DNA from: Scyliorhinus canicula
Lineage: Eukaryota
DNA: 64,000 bases
NCBI RefSeq assembly: GCF_902713615.1
Contig: NW_024055751.1
Coordinates: forward strand, 1,012,672 to 1,076,671
Direction of reading: 5' to 3'
Positions 1-12,445 of the stretch are shown one piece after another (position 1 is the first letter of the stretch; every line of letters begins with the position of its first letter). The position numbers and the translations under genes are program-made. The notes below the pieces were generated by a model. The model made no database searches. It saw only the letters and a program-made list of their open reading frames with translations, and had not been told where the DNA came from.

Positions 1-182
1 CTATTCTGTAGTTTGTTTTGTTGGCCGCTGCTGGAAACATGTTGATGACAGTTTGATTCGAGGTTAATGTGGCTTCTGCCATCGATTTGAGTTTGAGCGC
101 CTGACAGCCCCGGTGATAAGTGTGGCTGCGTCTGCTCTAGATTCTACACACGAAGAGGAGCTCTCACTTACAATGTAAAAAC

Positions 183-221
183 AGTTTTTGTACAGGGGTG
201 AGGCTGCTTTGCATCACTGTG
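183..221 (-). other. 23-bp-spacer RSS of V1
   Basis: Minus strand CACAGTG + 23 nt + ACAAAAACT. Confidence 0.95.
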
Positions 222-528
222 AGGCTGAAAGCGCAGTAATACACGGCAGCATCACTCAGCTGCAGATCCCCGATAGTCAAACTGAGGAATTTCTTCGAGG
301 TCTGGAGGTCAGTTGAGAAACGGACTTTAGCAAAGTCTGCTTTATCTTCATAACCCTCCGAGTACTTCCTCAGTATATACTCGGGCTGTGAGTCTGGGTG
401 TTGGCGGTACCAGAATAAATTATAGCTGTTTTCTGCAGTATCATAGGTACAGTTCAAAGTCACCGCTTTTCCTTCCGTCTGAACATTTGAGGACAGCGGC
501 TGAGAGACAGAATCTCCATGACTCTGAT
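222..528 (-). CDS. TCR alpha/delta-type V exon (V1), open frame
   Basis: Acceptor ttttgcag then (D)QSHGDSVSQPLSSNVQTEGKAVTLNCTYDTAENSYNLFWYRQHPDSQPEYILRKY...RFSTDLQTSKKFLSLTIGDLQLSDAAVYYCAFSL; canonical C23, WYRQ and YYC; ends at the RSS heptamer. Confidence 0.93.
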
Positions 529-634
529 CTGCAAAACATGTTCAAACAATTAAAGATCAGACGGACATGTGCTCAAAATTCAGATCCGACCCATGTTTTA
601 GAAATGAAAGAAAATATGATGTATCCACAAATAC

Positions 635-680
635 CTGTTAGAAATGCTCCCCACACAACCCAGATGCTGAGGAGCCGCAT
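635..680 (-). CDS. Leader exon of V1 (MRLLSIWVVWGAFLT)
   Basis: ATG at 680-678; 46 nt = 15 codons + 1; donor gtattt; phase-1 splice is in frame with the V exon. Confidence 0.88.
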
Positions 681-749
681 TGCCGCTGACCGCTCTGTAA
701 AAGGGGGAATCGGATATCTGAAACCGTCCGTCCTCATCCCCACCCTCAA

Positions 750-825
750 TAATCTGATGACGTATTTCAGAATGCTCAGACGTCAGTTCCGTATTTCGCC
801 AGTGGCACCGTGTGATTGGTTGATG
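750..825 (-). promoter_or_regulatory. Probable V1 promoter (CRE-like TGACGT motifs, CCAAT box)
   Basis: tgacgta at 758-764, gacgtca at about 780-786, minus-strand CCAAT at about 815-819; 70-140 nt upstream of the ATG. Confidence 0.45.
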
Positions 826-1419
826 CTGAACTGGCTGTCACTGAATGGAAGCTCACCAACCTGTGCACCAGTCGGTTCCTTATAGGACAAATTGTTCCGC
901 TTTAGGAACGGCGAGTGGATGGAAGCTTCATCTGGTTATTGTAACCGATGAGCAAAGATTGTTCTGAAGAAGAATTATATGGACTCAAAATATTAATTAA
1001 GATTCTCTCCTCGTCGCTGCCAGACCTGCTGAGGTTATCCAGCATTTTGTGTTTTTATTTCAGACTTCTCCCATCCACAGTATTTTGCTTTTATATGAGC
1101 AAGGACTGATGAGAGATTGGGTGTATTAGCAGCCAATGTTCTGCTTTCCTGTCCTACCGTTAATACCTGTGACACCAGTGAGACTCCCCTCACTCTCAGT
1201 TAACCAACAACACCAAATGAAAAGATTCACATGTTAATGGTAGACATTGTGATCACCCTGGGGCGAGTTACAACATGTTAAACAGGTGGAGGTAAGAGAG
1301 GCAGCGCTGATTGGGTTGCAATATTGCCTCGGTTGATACAATCACTGGACACTACTTATTCCTCAAGAACACGACCTGCGAGGAAATTCTGAAAATGAAG
1401 TTGGTATTGAGCAAAATTC

Positions 1420-1860
1420 AGAGACCGTTCACCGGATTGATACCTGGGATGAAGGTGTTTGTCTTATGAGGACAGTTTGAGCAGCGGGACCTATACATAT
1501 TGGAGTTTGAAGAATTAAAGTTAATCATAGTGAAACACAGTAGATTCTGAGAGATTTGACAGGATAGATGCTGGAAGGATGTTTCCCCTTTTGCGGGGAA
1601 TCTATAACCAGGGGATGCAGCTTACAATATGAAGTCTCCCAATAATGCTGGAGATGGAAGGAATTCGTTTTCTCAGAGGGACATTAAACTTTGGGATTCT
1701 CTTTCCCAGAGAACACTGGAGGCCGGGTCATTGAATAATTTTACGGCGGAGTTCTACAGGTCTTTGAATTATAATGGGTGTCAATGTGTCATAGGGATCA
1801 GGCGGAAATGTGGAGTAAAGACAAAGATCAGATCAGCTCTAGTCTGACTGAACGTCAGGA
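1420..1860 (+). mobile_element. CR1-type LINE 3' fragment
   Basis: Decayed CR1 ORF2 end / 3' UTR motifs (gacaggatagatgctggaaggatgtttccc; agatcagctct tail). Confidence 0.7.
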
Positions 1861-2489
1861 CAGATTCGAGAGCAGAGTGCTCGATTGGAACTCTTTGTTC
1901 TTACATTTGTCCGTACATATCGGTGAATTGGCTGCCCAAAACATTGCTATGTTGGTTTTATTAAAGGCGCAAGAAAGTCAGTGAAGTCTAGTTTCCTGCT
2001 TATTATTCCTGAAATAATACAGACATGTACTGTGGGTACTGCCCTAAATGATGGCACAACACAAGAACACATCAGGATATAATGTTTTCATTGTGCAGTT
2101 AATTTTGACATTGCTGACTTCTTCAAAGGACCATTCAGGAATAAATAGTTACAGTTTTCGTTTGTAGTTATTTCGAACGCAACATAGACGGGAAAGTAAG
2201 CATCAATAACACCCTCTTCTCATTCATCACCCCATGGGGTGGTGGTGGTGTAGTGATAATATCACTGGAAAGGTAATTCAGGGATCCATGTTAACGGCTT
2301 GGGGAAAGTGTTGCAAATCCTGCCATGGCAGCGAGATAAATGTAAATTCAATTAATATGAAAAGCCATGTCGGTGGAAATCTACCTGGTTCGTTCATGTA
2401 CTTTATGGGAGGAAATCTGCCTCCCATACCTGCCGAGGCTGTGTGTTACTCCAAACCAAAGGTAAAAAAATATATTTCATGGAATGTGG

Positions 2490-3545
2490 GATTCGCCGGC
2501 TAGGGGAGCATTTGTTGCCCCTGCCTAATTGCCCTTGGCAAGGTGGCAATGAGCTGCCTTCTTTAACCGCTGCAGTCAATGCGATGTAGTCACGCCCACT
2601 GTGGTATTGGGGAGAGAGTTCCAGGATTTTTACCCAGCGACAGTGAAGGAACAGCAATAGATTTGCAAATCAGGATAGCGGGTGACTTGGAGGGGAACGT
2701 CTAAGTGGGGGTGGGGGGGTGGGGGGGGGGGCTTCCCAGATACCTGCTGCTCTTGTCCATCTCGATTGCAGTGGTCGTGAGTTTGGAAGGTGTTGCCAAA
2801 AGAGACTTGGTAAGTTCCTGCAGTGCATCTTGCAGTTGGTACACATTGCTGCTACTGTGCATCAGTAGTGGAAGGAGTGAATGTTTGTAAAGGGCCTGCC
2901 AATCAAGCGGCTGTTTTGCCCTGGATATTGTTGCGCACGTCTTGAGTGTTGTTGGAGATGCACAAATCCAGGCAGGTGGAAGTACTCTATCACACTCCTC
3001 AGTTGTGCTCAGTAGATGTTGGACAGGCTTTGGGGAGTCAGAAGGTGAGTTACTCGCCCCTGGTTTCCGAGCTTCTGACCTGCTCCTGTAGCCACAGTAT
3101 TTAAATGGCTAGTCCGGTTCAGTTTCCAGTCAATGGTAACGCCTAGGATTTTGATAGTGGGGATTTAGTGATGGCAATGTTATTGAATCGCAATGGGGAG
3201 CGATTTGAATCTCTCTTATTTGAAATGGTAATTGCCTGGAAATTTTGTGGCGCTTGAATGTTACTTGCCACGTGTTAGCCTTATCGTGGATGTCTGGGTC
3301 TTGCTGCTTTTGCACGCGCACTTTTTCAGTGTCTGAGGATTCAGGAATGATTGTCCAATCATCAGCGAACATCCCCACGTCTGATCGTATGTTGGACGGA
3401 AGGTCACTGATGAAGCATCTGAAGATATTTGGGCCTTGGACACAACCCTGAGTTACTCCTGCAGTGATGCCCTGGAGCTGAGATGACTGACCTCCAACAA
3501 ACACAATCATCAATAATCTTCCTTTGTGCTAGGTATTACTCCGAC
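2490..3545 (-). mobile_element. CR1/L2-group LINE fragment with RT core
   Basis: ORF 3130-3513: GVTQGCVQGPNIFRCFISDLP...GMFADD (RT motifs). Confidence 0.85.
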
Positions 3546-3559
3546 CAGTGGATGTCTCT

Positions 3560-4440
3560 CTCTCTCTTCCCCCCCCCCCCCCCCCCCCCCCCCACCCCTC
3601 CACCATGGACTTCAGTTTGGCTAGGGCTCCATGACAGAGTGGAGAAGCCGACCGCCGCCCCAGCAGGACCCACCTCCGAGCAGTCAGCGAAGCGAAGACG
3701 GAAACGTCTGCCCCCACACCCACCTGAAGCTCGGGCCAGTCCGACATCCCGAAAATGGCCACTAGGGGACCCGGCTCCAAATCCACATACAACACACCTG
3801 ACATGATTTCAAAATATGTCCCTCCAATACCTCTCCAGGTTGGGCAGGATCCAAAAACATGTACATGCTTTGCGGGGCCCATCCCATAGGGCACGCAAAC
3901 ATCGTCTCCCCTTCAAAGAATCGACTCATCCTTATCTTTGTGAGGTGAGACTTTACAAGACTTTCAATTGTATCAGCACCAACCTCGCTCAGGAGGTTGG
4001 GGCATTCACCCTCACACTACAGACCTTCTTCCATTACCTCCCCCAACTCTTCTTCCCATTTGGATTTAATTCCTTCCATGACACCCTACCTTTCTCCAAA
4101 ATCTTCCCATAAATCGCCAACACAACCCCCTTCTCCAACCCTGTCCACCAACAGCGAGGGTGCTGGCGCTATCGGGATGCTCGGAAACTCCTTACTTACA
4201 AAGTCTCGCACTTGCAGATACGTAAACTTTTCCTCTTGTGCCAATCCGATCTTCCGCCCTAACTTCTCAAAACGTCCTCCCGGGAACAGATCTTTTCAGA
4301 CCTTAATCCCCCTCTCCTTCCATTTCCGAAACCACCTATCCAGCCTCCCCTGCTCGAATCTATGATTCCCCCGAATCGGCATCCCCCTGACCCAGCCCCC
4401 AACTTAAAGTTCTGCCTCAACAGCCTCCAGATCTTCAACG
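3560..4440 (-). mobile_element. L1-clade LINE ORF2 C-terminal fragment
   Basis: ORF 3529-3894: HVHVFGSCP...PGPLVAIFG...FASLTARRWVLL, the same motif set as the copy at 20931-22079. Confidence 0.8.
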
Positions 4441-5667
4441 TTGTCACCATCACAGATTCCCAGACGCTGGAATGTTGCATTAGTTCATTTATTTTGCTGT
4501 CGAGCGTAAATTTGCAACAACCATTTCACCCTAAAACGTTTGTAGATATTGTGGACATGGCTTATAATAAAACAAGAAAAGTGATGCCTAATTAACAAGA
4601 AACAGAAGCACAGCTTGCCTGGCACTTTCGGTGTTTATTGTCCCTCTGTAAGTGAACTTCCCAACGTTTGAACCTTCCTAAGTGTCACTTCAGTAATGTG
4701 GTCTAGAATATTGTGAATCTCCCTGAAGCCATGATCCATCTGGACAGAGAATGCAGACAGGACGTTAATAACAACAAAGGATTTTTTAACATTGACCAAC
4801 AAGGGCATAAATTAGAGACGGTCTTGGCTGAAACGTACGGAGCTGTAGTCAACCAATAACAGAGACACTATCTTCGTTGCTGAGGACCGTCATGCATCGG
4901 GGTACTGCACAAGCGATCCAAAAGCTTCGTTATTCAGTTTTAACTGTTTTGGTTGAAAGGAAAATCTAAAAATAATCTGTTAGGACTTCATCAACTAATC
5001 CTTGGTCACACAGAAATTGAAGGATAGCTGGACCAATCTTCGCAAAACGTTAGAGAATCAAAATAAACTGAAGTTTCCGACTGAACAACTGAGACCAATT
5101 GCAGCCGGTGGGGCTTTCTGAAAGGACAATCTAAACTGCATCCACATCCATCAATACCTTATGACTTTAAATTGTTCTGTGCAATGAACACAGAAACATG
5201 ATGACTGAGCCTCCAGTGGCAATGCAAGGTAAATTGTTCTCTCACAGTTTCGGTTATTTGACCAGTTTTTTTTTTTAAATCGGCATGGCCATCGACTGTG
5301 TCTACCTGTCTGTGAGGGTGTGTGTGTCCCTGTGTGTTTATTTGCTGAGAGTCTGTGCGGATTTCCAATGTTCTCCGTGAGGTTTGTGCTGTACAGCGGA
5401 AGGCGCTCTCTGATCACTTGACAGTGAGCATGATCCCCAGTTGTTCTTTAGAGATATGTAAATAGACAGGAAATTCCCGCTGAGCTGCTGAAACCTCAGC
5501 GCCTTTTCAATTCTATACCGCCTCCCTCCCCAGTCCCAGCATCAACAAGTTCACTCTTATTAACCGTGTCGATGGTGGCTATGATGTGGAGTTGCCGGCG
5601 TTCGTTTGGGGTGAGCACAACAAGAAGTCTTACAAAACCAGGTTAAAGTCCAACAGGTGTGTTTCGC

Positions 5668-5707
5668 ATCACTAGCTTTCGGAGCACTGCTCCTTCCTCA
5701 GGTGAAT
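5668..5707 (-). ncRNA. Minimal type-I hammerhead ribozyme motif (copy 1)
   Basis: AUUCAC-CUGAGGA-A-GGAGC-AGU-GCUCC-GAA-AGCU-A-GUGAU: core, 5-bp stem II, palindromic AGCU stem III, UCAC/GUGA stem I. Confidence 0.7.
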
Positions 5708-5737
5708 CCAGGTTAAAGTCCAACAGCTTTGTTTCGA

Positions 5738-5777
5738 ATCACTAGCTTTCGGAGCTCTGCTCCTTCCTCAGGTGAAT
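5738..5777 (-). ncRNA. Minimal type-I hammerhead ribozyme motif (copy 2)
   Basis: AUUCAC-CUGAGGA-A-GGAGC-AGA-GCUCC-GAA-AGCU-A-GUGAUU. Confidence 0.7.
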
Positions 5778-6129
5778 TTGAGGAAGATGCAGCGCTCCGA
5801 TAGCTAGTGATTCGAAGCAAACCTGTTGGACTTTAACCTGGTGTTGTAAGACTTCTTGCTATATTCTTATTAACGATAGCGGATGAAATAAACTGAACAT
5901 TTCCATCTACATTCAATATTTATTAATTCGAGACGAGCTATTTCGGATCAATTACATATCAAACGATCACTCTGACCAATTATGAATCGCCTCTCAGATC
6001 AAGTGGCGATCAATCCGTCGCTCGATCAATCAAGGATCAAATTGTTTACATGGTCTCCTCATTCTCTCTAATCCGCACAATGTCAGATTAATGTCTCCTT
6101 GGCCTGCAGCGAACGGAGTTGCGGTTGCA

Positions 6130-6225
6130 GATTGACATCAGACCAATCAGACCCAGCGTCCTCAGCTCCGCCTATGGAATGTTGTGAAGAAAGTGACATT
6201 AGGCCACTATCAGCCAATCGCCTGT
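6130..6225 (+). promoter_or_regulatory. Probable V2 promoter (TGACATCA CRE-like, two CCAAT boxes, agtgacat)
   Basis: Motifs read directly 60-150 nt upstream of ATG 6287. Confidence 0.45.
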
Positions 6226-6286
6226 TCTTGTTCGATATTCTGCTCTGTGGGATGCAAAAAGTCCCTGCATTTTCTGAGAAGCAGCG

Positions 6287-6332
6287 ATGCGGTTCCCCAC
6301 TCTCGCTCTGGCCTGGGTGATAGTCATTGCTG
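6287..6332 (+). CDS. Leader exon of V2 (MRFPTLALAWVIVIA)
   Basis: 46 nt, donor gtaaga at 6333; in frame with the exon at 7014 across a 681-nt intron. Confidence 0.85.
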
Positions 6333-6589
6333 GTAAGAAGTTTGAAACTTTACAAATGTTTAAATTCAGGAGGGATACATTGGAAAGTCAGGGAATTCAT
6401 ATTAAACTTGTACCTGAATTCGGCCTTGGTTTGCATTAAGCGTTTCTTGGATGTATTTTGCAAGATGAATATAGGGCACAGAATACCACACAGAATATAA
6501 TTTCATAAGTGCGGCATATTGTCATATAACACTACAACTCGGATATTGTTCTCCAGTAAACGGCGTTGCGAAGGATAACCTAATAGAGT

Positions 6590-6900
6590 AATAATGACGG
6601 AGTTAGATGGGAAATACAAGAAGATGTTTGCCCTTATGGAGAATTCCAAAACTGTGAGTTACAACAAACGTCATTAAAACATCTAATGGGGAATTCAGCA
6701 GAAACTCGTCACACAAAGAACGGCGTGAGTGTGGAATTCACCACCACATGGAGTAGTTGAGGAAATGGTATTGATGCATTGGAGCAATGTAGAGAAACAG
6801 AAGATGAATAAAATAATGGGTTAATTTACTGATAGAGTGAGATGGAGAGGGAGGGGGTGGTTAACACTGATATAGCCAGTGAGGTCGAATTACTATCTTA
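6590..6900 (+). mobile_element. Decayed CR1-type 3' fragment in the V2 leader intron
   Basis: gaagatgtttgcccttatggagaattccaaaac...gagtgtggaattc resembles the other CR1 tails in the window. Confidence 0.55.
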
Positions 6901-7013
6901 CATTCTCACTTCTATTTATTTTTCTGTAACTCTGATTGCAAATTTTGACCGTCGGCTCAGTTTAGTGTAACGTTTAATCGATGACTAACACTTTCTATAA
7001 TCGTGTGTTGCAG

Positions 7014-7317
7014 GTCTGAGCGATGGAGACTCTGTTACTCAGCGGGAATCCTCACTCACACAGACAGAGGGAGAAGATGTCACTTTAACCTGCACGTATA
7101 CCGATGATGCTTATTATTTATTCTGGTACCGTCAATACCCAGATAGAGAGCCCGAGTTTGCGGTCCGGATATACAAGAGCGGAGGTGATCCAGCGAAAGC
7201 GGATTTCGCTCAGGAACGGTTTTCCGTTACCCTCCAACAATCAGAGAAGTTGTACCGATTGACCATCTCGGAGCTGCGGCTGTCTGACAGCGCGATCTAT
7301 TACTGTGCACAGCGTCT
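7014..7317 (+). CDS. TCR alpha/delta-type V exon (V2), open frame; missed by the ORF track
   Basis: Acceptor gtgttgcag; (G)LSDGDSVTQRESSLTQTEGEDVTLTCTYTDDAYYLFWYRQYPDREPEFAVRIYKSGGDPAKADFAQERFSVTLQQSEKLYRLTISELRLSDSAIYYCAQR. Confidence 0.93.
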
Positions 7318-7356
7318 CACAGTGATGGCAACGAGTGAGATCCTCGTACAAAAACT
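7318..7356 (+). other. 23-bp-spacer RSS of V2
   Basis: CACAGTG + 23 nt + ACAAAAACT. Confidence 0.95.
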
Positions 7357-9720
7357 GCCGCTGCTTTCTGGGTCACAGCTGCTGTCTGTTTGGGGCTGAC
7401 ACGTGAATCCTTTCCTGTGCGCGGAGACCGCGAGCACAATCCACAGAAACAATTTTAATATAGTTCACATCGAATATAGATTCCGCCCAATTAATGCAGT
7501 AACACTGGGAGGGCAGAATTGGCTGGCGTTTATTTCGGTATATCAGTGAACTTGACACTGTCATTGAGAATGCAAAAACCAGCCGGTGGCCTGGGGAACT
7601 ACTTAAATCGCCGAATCACAATGAACCCGTGGAAAATACACACATCATTATTGGTTTACAATTTCATTATGTATCAGATGATGGACCCAGGTGAGAAAAA
7701 CCCTAATAATTTTAATAGTCTGACTGAGCACTTCGCAATATTAATATCTCTTAAAGCTAAGAATCTAGAGCGTAAACAAGTTCTTTGAGTTTATTTTCAG
7801 GGCATGATTTGATCTTATGATCAATGTATAATTGAGGAAAGACATGCCTGCTGGGTTCCAAGCATTGGAACAAATGGTCAGGAACTGACTGAATACAGAA
7901 GCTTGATTGCGAAGTCAATCAGAAAGATTGCTGTAGTGAGTTACACACCCTGAAAAGGACTGCACAAAGGCTAGAATAGAGCGACTAAAACTTAATGGAT
8001 ACGACACACATCTCAGAATGTGAATAATGCGAGTTTCAGGCAGTCAAGAAATATCAAGGACACTTTCAAAGATGGAATTCACGGCCGAGGGCCAGATGTG
8101 ATGTTTCGTCATCCTTGCAAGTGCCAGAGAAAGACTGGGATGTTCATTTCAGCTGAAGACATCTTTTAGATCGAAGTTGCTCCCACTGCCAACCTGTACG
8201 CGCTGATCAAACATTATGTATTAGGGCAATCTGAATGGTTTGCTGCGCTTTGTCATGCACTAAATGTAACTACTGAATTACCACAACCGCTTTCCCTTCA
8301 AAATGTATTGTAAATGAAACTCGAAAACAATAATTCCCTGTACTGAATAAAATATTGGTGGAAGAACCTCTAACACCAGATCCCAGATCTCTATCAGCAA
8401 ATCCCAGGAACCACGATTCAGCGACTGCCTGGAAGTTCCAATCTTTGCCCGTATTCTGCAGGGCACACATGGAATCAGCCAATAACTGCCAAACTAATGT
8501 TCCTGGAGGGAACTACAATCATGCTGCCCTAGGCCTTGTGAAAGAATCTCTGTGATTTCAAATCTTCCAGCGCTCCTGGAACCTACTTGGATTGTTCAGC
8601 TTATTTTTCTTTGTCACATTCGAAAGCGCACAGATAAAATAAATACTGGTTTCGCTGATTTCAATAAATGTTAATACCCATTTTGTCAACAATGTTACAA
8701 TCAAGTTTGAGTTGATATCCATTCAGATCACAAAACCGATATTTTACGGAAGTACATTTCACATTTCAATCAGTCTCAGTTATTACCCCACTAATCTCTG
8801 TTTGTGTTATATTAGAGCCTGATTCATACTGTCTTATACTCACAGAACACATGACCTGCACAGAGTTTCATAGGTGGACAATCATACCTGCTAGTGAATG
8901 ATCGCCGAATAAGTTACTGAACTTAATCATTTCCATGCTTGTATCATGACAAATCCCATCTCTGCTTATATTGCACTGTACAATCCTCATGAATTACTGG
9001 ACAACGCTCGGCCTGTGTTAATATTACTCTGGGCTCTGTATTTGCTCCCACTACACAAGACAGTGTCACTGTTTATTGTGCACGTTTCCTGCCTCCCTGG
9101 ACCCTGTTTCATTGTAATGCATTGGGTAAATCATTTGGTTATATTACACTATCCACTGATTGAGTTGTCAATACAATATCTTATGCCTCTGTTTATAATG
9201 TGCAAGGAAATATTTTAGCTATTGCTCTACTGAACCTTGTATTCTATGCAGTGTATATCATGATAAACTCTACCCCAAACAATTGTGTAAAACACCACCT
9301 TTATCTTTGTATTAGACTCGGGTTTGCCTGAATTATTTTTGTACAGTTCTAATACTTTTCTCACTTATTCCTACATTATCAGGTGTCTTGGTTTCTATTC
9401 CACTGGGACTGCCGCAGTTTTTACTGGCACTACGTCAGGCTCCTGTTTACCTTACAATCTGCATGCCTGCTGTATGACGCTGGGCCGTACCTCTGTTTCA
9501 GTTATTACTGCAGTAAACCTCTTCCTTGTTTATAATCCTCTGAGTTTATACTCCTCCAAACCGAGCCATTGCTTCATTCACTTGAGCATATCGCCTATGA
9601 ATAGAATACAGAGGAAAGGAAGTTATGTTAAATTCTGATTCGGACTGAAATGAAGGATTGTGGGCAACGCACGTTGGGGAGGATGTGAAGTCAGAAAGAT
9701 GGATGCAGAAAATATTCACG

Positions 9721-10023
9721 CGGTAGCACAGTGGTTAGCACTGTTGATTCATAGCGCCAGGATCCCAGGTTCGATTCCCGGCTTGGGGTCACTGTAAGTG
9801 CGGAGTCTGCATGTTCTCACCGTGTCTGCATGTGTTTCCTCCGGGTGTTCCGGTTTCCTCCCACAAGTCACCAAAGACGTGCTGTTAGGTGAATTGGACA
9901 GTCTGAATTCTCCCTGTGTACCCAAACAGGCGCTGGATTGTGGCGACAAGGGGAGTTTTACAGTAACTTAATTGCAGTGTTAATGTAAGCCTACTTGTGA
10001 CAATAATAACGATTATTATTATT
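9721..10023 (+). mobile_element. tRNA-derived SINE
   Basis: A box (agcacagtggttagc), B box (ggttcgattccc), caagtaggctt-type 3' end. Confidence 0.85.
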
Positions 10024-10784
10024 AGTGGGCGATCGTGTACCAGAGGATACAGATTGAAGGGAATTGGGAAAAGAATCATGGGGACATGAGAGAAGCGTTT
10101 TCACCCAGTGAGTGGTGAGGATGTGGACTGGACTGTTTGATTGTGTGGTGGTGGCCGGGTCAATTGATGCTGACAAATGTTCAACCTAACTCATTGAGGC
10201 CCTGTATTCAAATCTTACCGAGCTGACAGTGGGATTGAATGTAAATAAAATGACCCAATAAGTTAATCAGTTCATGGGGTTAGAGAAGGTCACCAAATGT
10301 TGGCCTTTCCATTGAGGCCCACACCCCATGAAATAATTATTAAAAAATCAGAAACCGCCATAGCAAAGTTTGGCCAGTTGATGGCAGTGCAACCATGATT
10401 GCTGACATTACACCAAGCAGAAATTGTTACTGCAACGGACCCTCTGTGTTCATATTAAATTAGACTCTGTCTCTGTCTATATGAGACAAGGTCATGTTGC
10501 TGATTTTATGACAGCAGATGTCGGTTGTTTCTGTACTCGGTTAAATCCAAGTTTTTGATATTCTGAAGCAAGGCCCTCTTCTTATAACAATGGAAACTCT
10601 GGACGTTACAACTGCACTGAATCATATCACGGCTAATGTTATAAAAATCCATGTCTCAGTTGTTACTTCGTTAGACACAGCTTTAATTGATACAAAACCA
10701 AAATATACACCTGTTTGTGTTACACGAGGCTCTGTCTCAGTTATTACGTTATGCGAACCAGCCACGTTCCTTAGTGTAGTGTCC

Positions 10785-11510
10785 TAAGTCCAACTATCTT
10801 CAGCTGCTCAACAATGACCTTCCTTGCATCATAGGGTCACAGGTGGGGATTTTCGCTGATGAATGCACAATGTTCATCACCATTCTAAACTCCTCAGCCG
10901 TCCATGTTCCAAGAGAGCAACACCCGGGCAATATCCAGGCCAGTCTGATAAGTAACAAGTTACATTCGCGCCAACCAAGTGCCAGGCAACAACTATCTCC
11001 AACAAGAGAGGATCCAATTATTGCCCCATGAGATACGCTGACATTGCCATCGTTGAAACACCACTATCAACATCCTGGGCGTTACCATTGACCAGGAACC
11101 GAACTGGACTAGCCATATAAATACTAGAGCTACCAGATCAGATCAAATGGAAGGAATCCTCACTACAAGGTAAGGGGTATGATTGAATCCTCTCCACTTG
11201 CCTTGATGCGTGAAGCTGAAACGGCACTCAAGAAGATTGACACCGTCCAGGACAAAACAGGGCTTGTTTGGCAACCCTTCCACAAACTTCCAATTCCTCA
11301 ACCACCGACGAACACAGGCAGCAGGGTGTACCATTTAGAAGATGCACTGTAGCAACTCTCGAAGGATTCCTAGGCAGCACCTTTAAATCCCACGACTTCT
11401 ACCATCAAGAGGGACTAGAGCAACAGATACATGGAATCCACTAACTGGAAATTTCCCGCCACATCGCTCTCTACCATGCCTTGGAAATATATCGTTATCC
11501 CTTCACTGCT
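10785..11510 (+). mobile_element. CR1/L2-group LINE RT fragment
   Basis: GIFADECTMFITI; same family as 2490-3545. Confidence 0.75.
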
Positions 11511-12125
11511 TATATTCCTGTAGCACCTATCTCAGTTTATATGACATTAGAACCTGTCCCAATTTATATTATATTAGCAATGTCTCTGTTTATAATAGAA
11601 CAGATTTTGTCTTTGTTATTACTACGTACATCATGTCTTTGTTTATAGTCCAAAAACCACACTGATTATTAATACACAAGAGTCTCTCTCAATAATGACT
11701 TAACTGGGCCCAGTCTCCGTTCACATTGTTATTGTGACCGATTATTCCCGTTGACAGGAAGAATTCAAACACCCGCAGCTTGAGAGTAATATAAACCGAT
11801 ATATGGACTATTTAGGCATAAGAGAGACAGGACCTGAGGTAACATTGGAAAGACATGTTTTTGTGTGATCATAATCGTAGAAAGACATGTAAATGAATAA
11901 CCGAAAACATCAAAAATGACAATATGGGAAACAAACTCTTACTCAGAACCTACAGGGATGCGTTTCCCTGAACGAATAATAGAGAATCAGAGCATTAAAA
12001 TTGGAATGGTAGGCAGGCTATTTGTACAGATTTTACCGAGGCAGTATGCTTGTCCACTCTTATTCTATATGATGCAATGAAAATAGCAAAGTCATTGCTT
12101 ACTTTGAGAGGAAAAATGTACAGCA

Positions 12126-12445
12126 GCGCTGTAGTACAGTGGTTAGCACAGCTGCTTCACAGCCCCAAAGGTCCCAGCTTCGATTCCCGGCTTGGGGCAC
12201 TGTCTATGCGGAGTCTGCACGTTCTCCCCGTATCTGCATGGGTTTCCTCCCAAAGTCCAAAGATGTGCATATTAGGTGGATTGGCCATGATAAAATTGTC
12301 CTTAGTGTCCAAAAAAGGTTATTTGGGGTAACTGTGTTACGGGGATAGGGTGGAGGCGTGGCTTTAAGTATGGTGCTCTTTCCAAGAGCGGGTGCAGACA
12401 CGATGGGCTGAATGGCCTCTTCTGCACTGTAAATTTATTTTATGA
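12126..12445 (+). mobile_element. tRNA-derived SINE (HE1-like)
   Basis: A/B boxes, ccaaagatgtgca core, LINE-like tail. Confidence 0.85.

Larger units (their letters stand above)
5581..5860. mobile_element. Penelope-like pLTR remnant: two tandem 70-nt units plus an inverted copy, with hammerhead motifs
   Basis: ggttaaagtccaacag at 5641 and 5711; inverted arm 5780-5858; matches the element at 18755-19110. Confidence 0.75.

Noticed and set aside
388-885. 165-aa plus-strand ORF
   Set aside because: Antisense to the V1 exon, leader and promoter; no recognisable domain.
222-7317. V1/V2 as NAR-TCR supporting Vdelta genes
   Set aside because: Both have their own leader exons and lack the extra CDR1 cysteine; no NAR-TCR V, D or J was seen.
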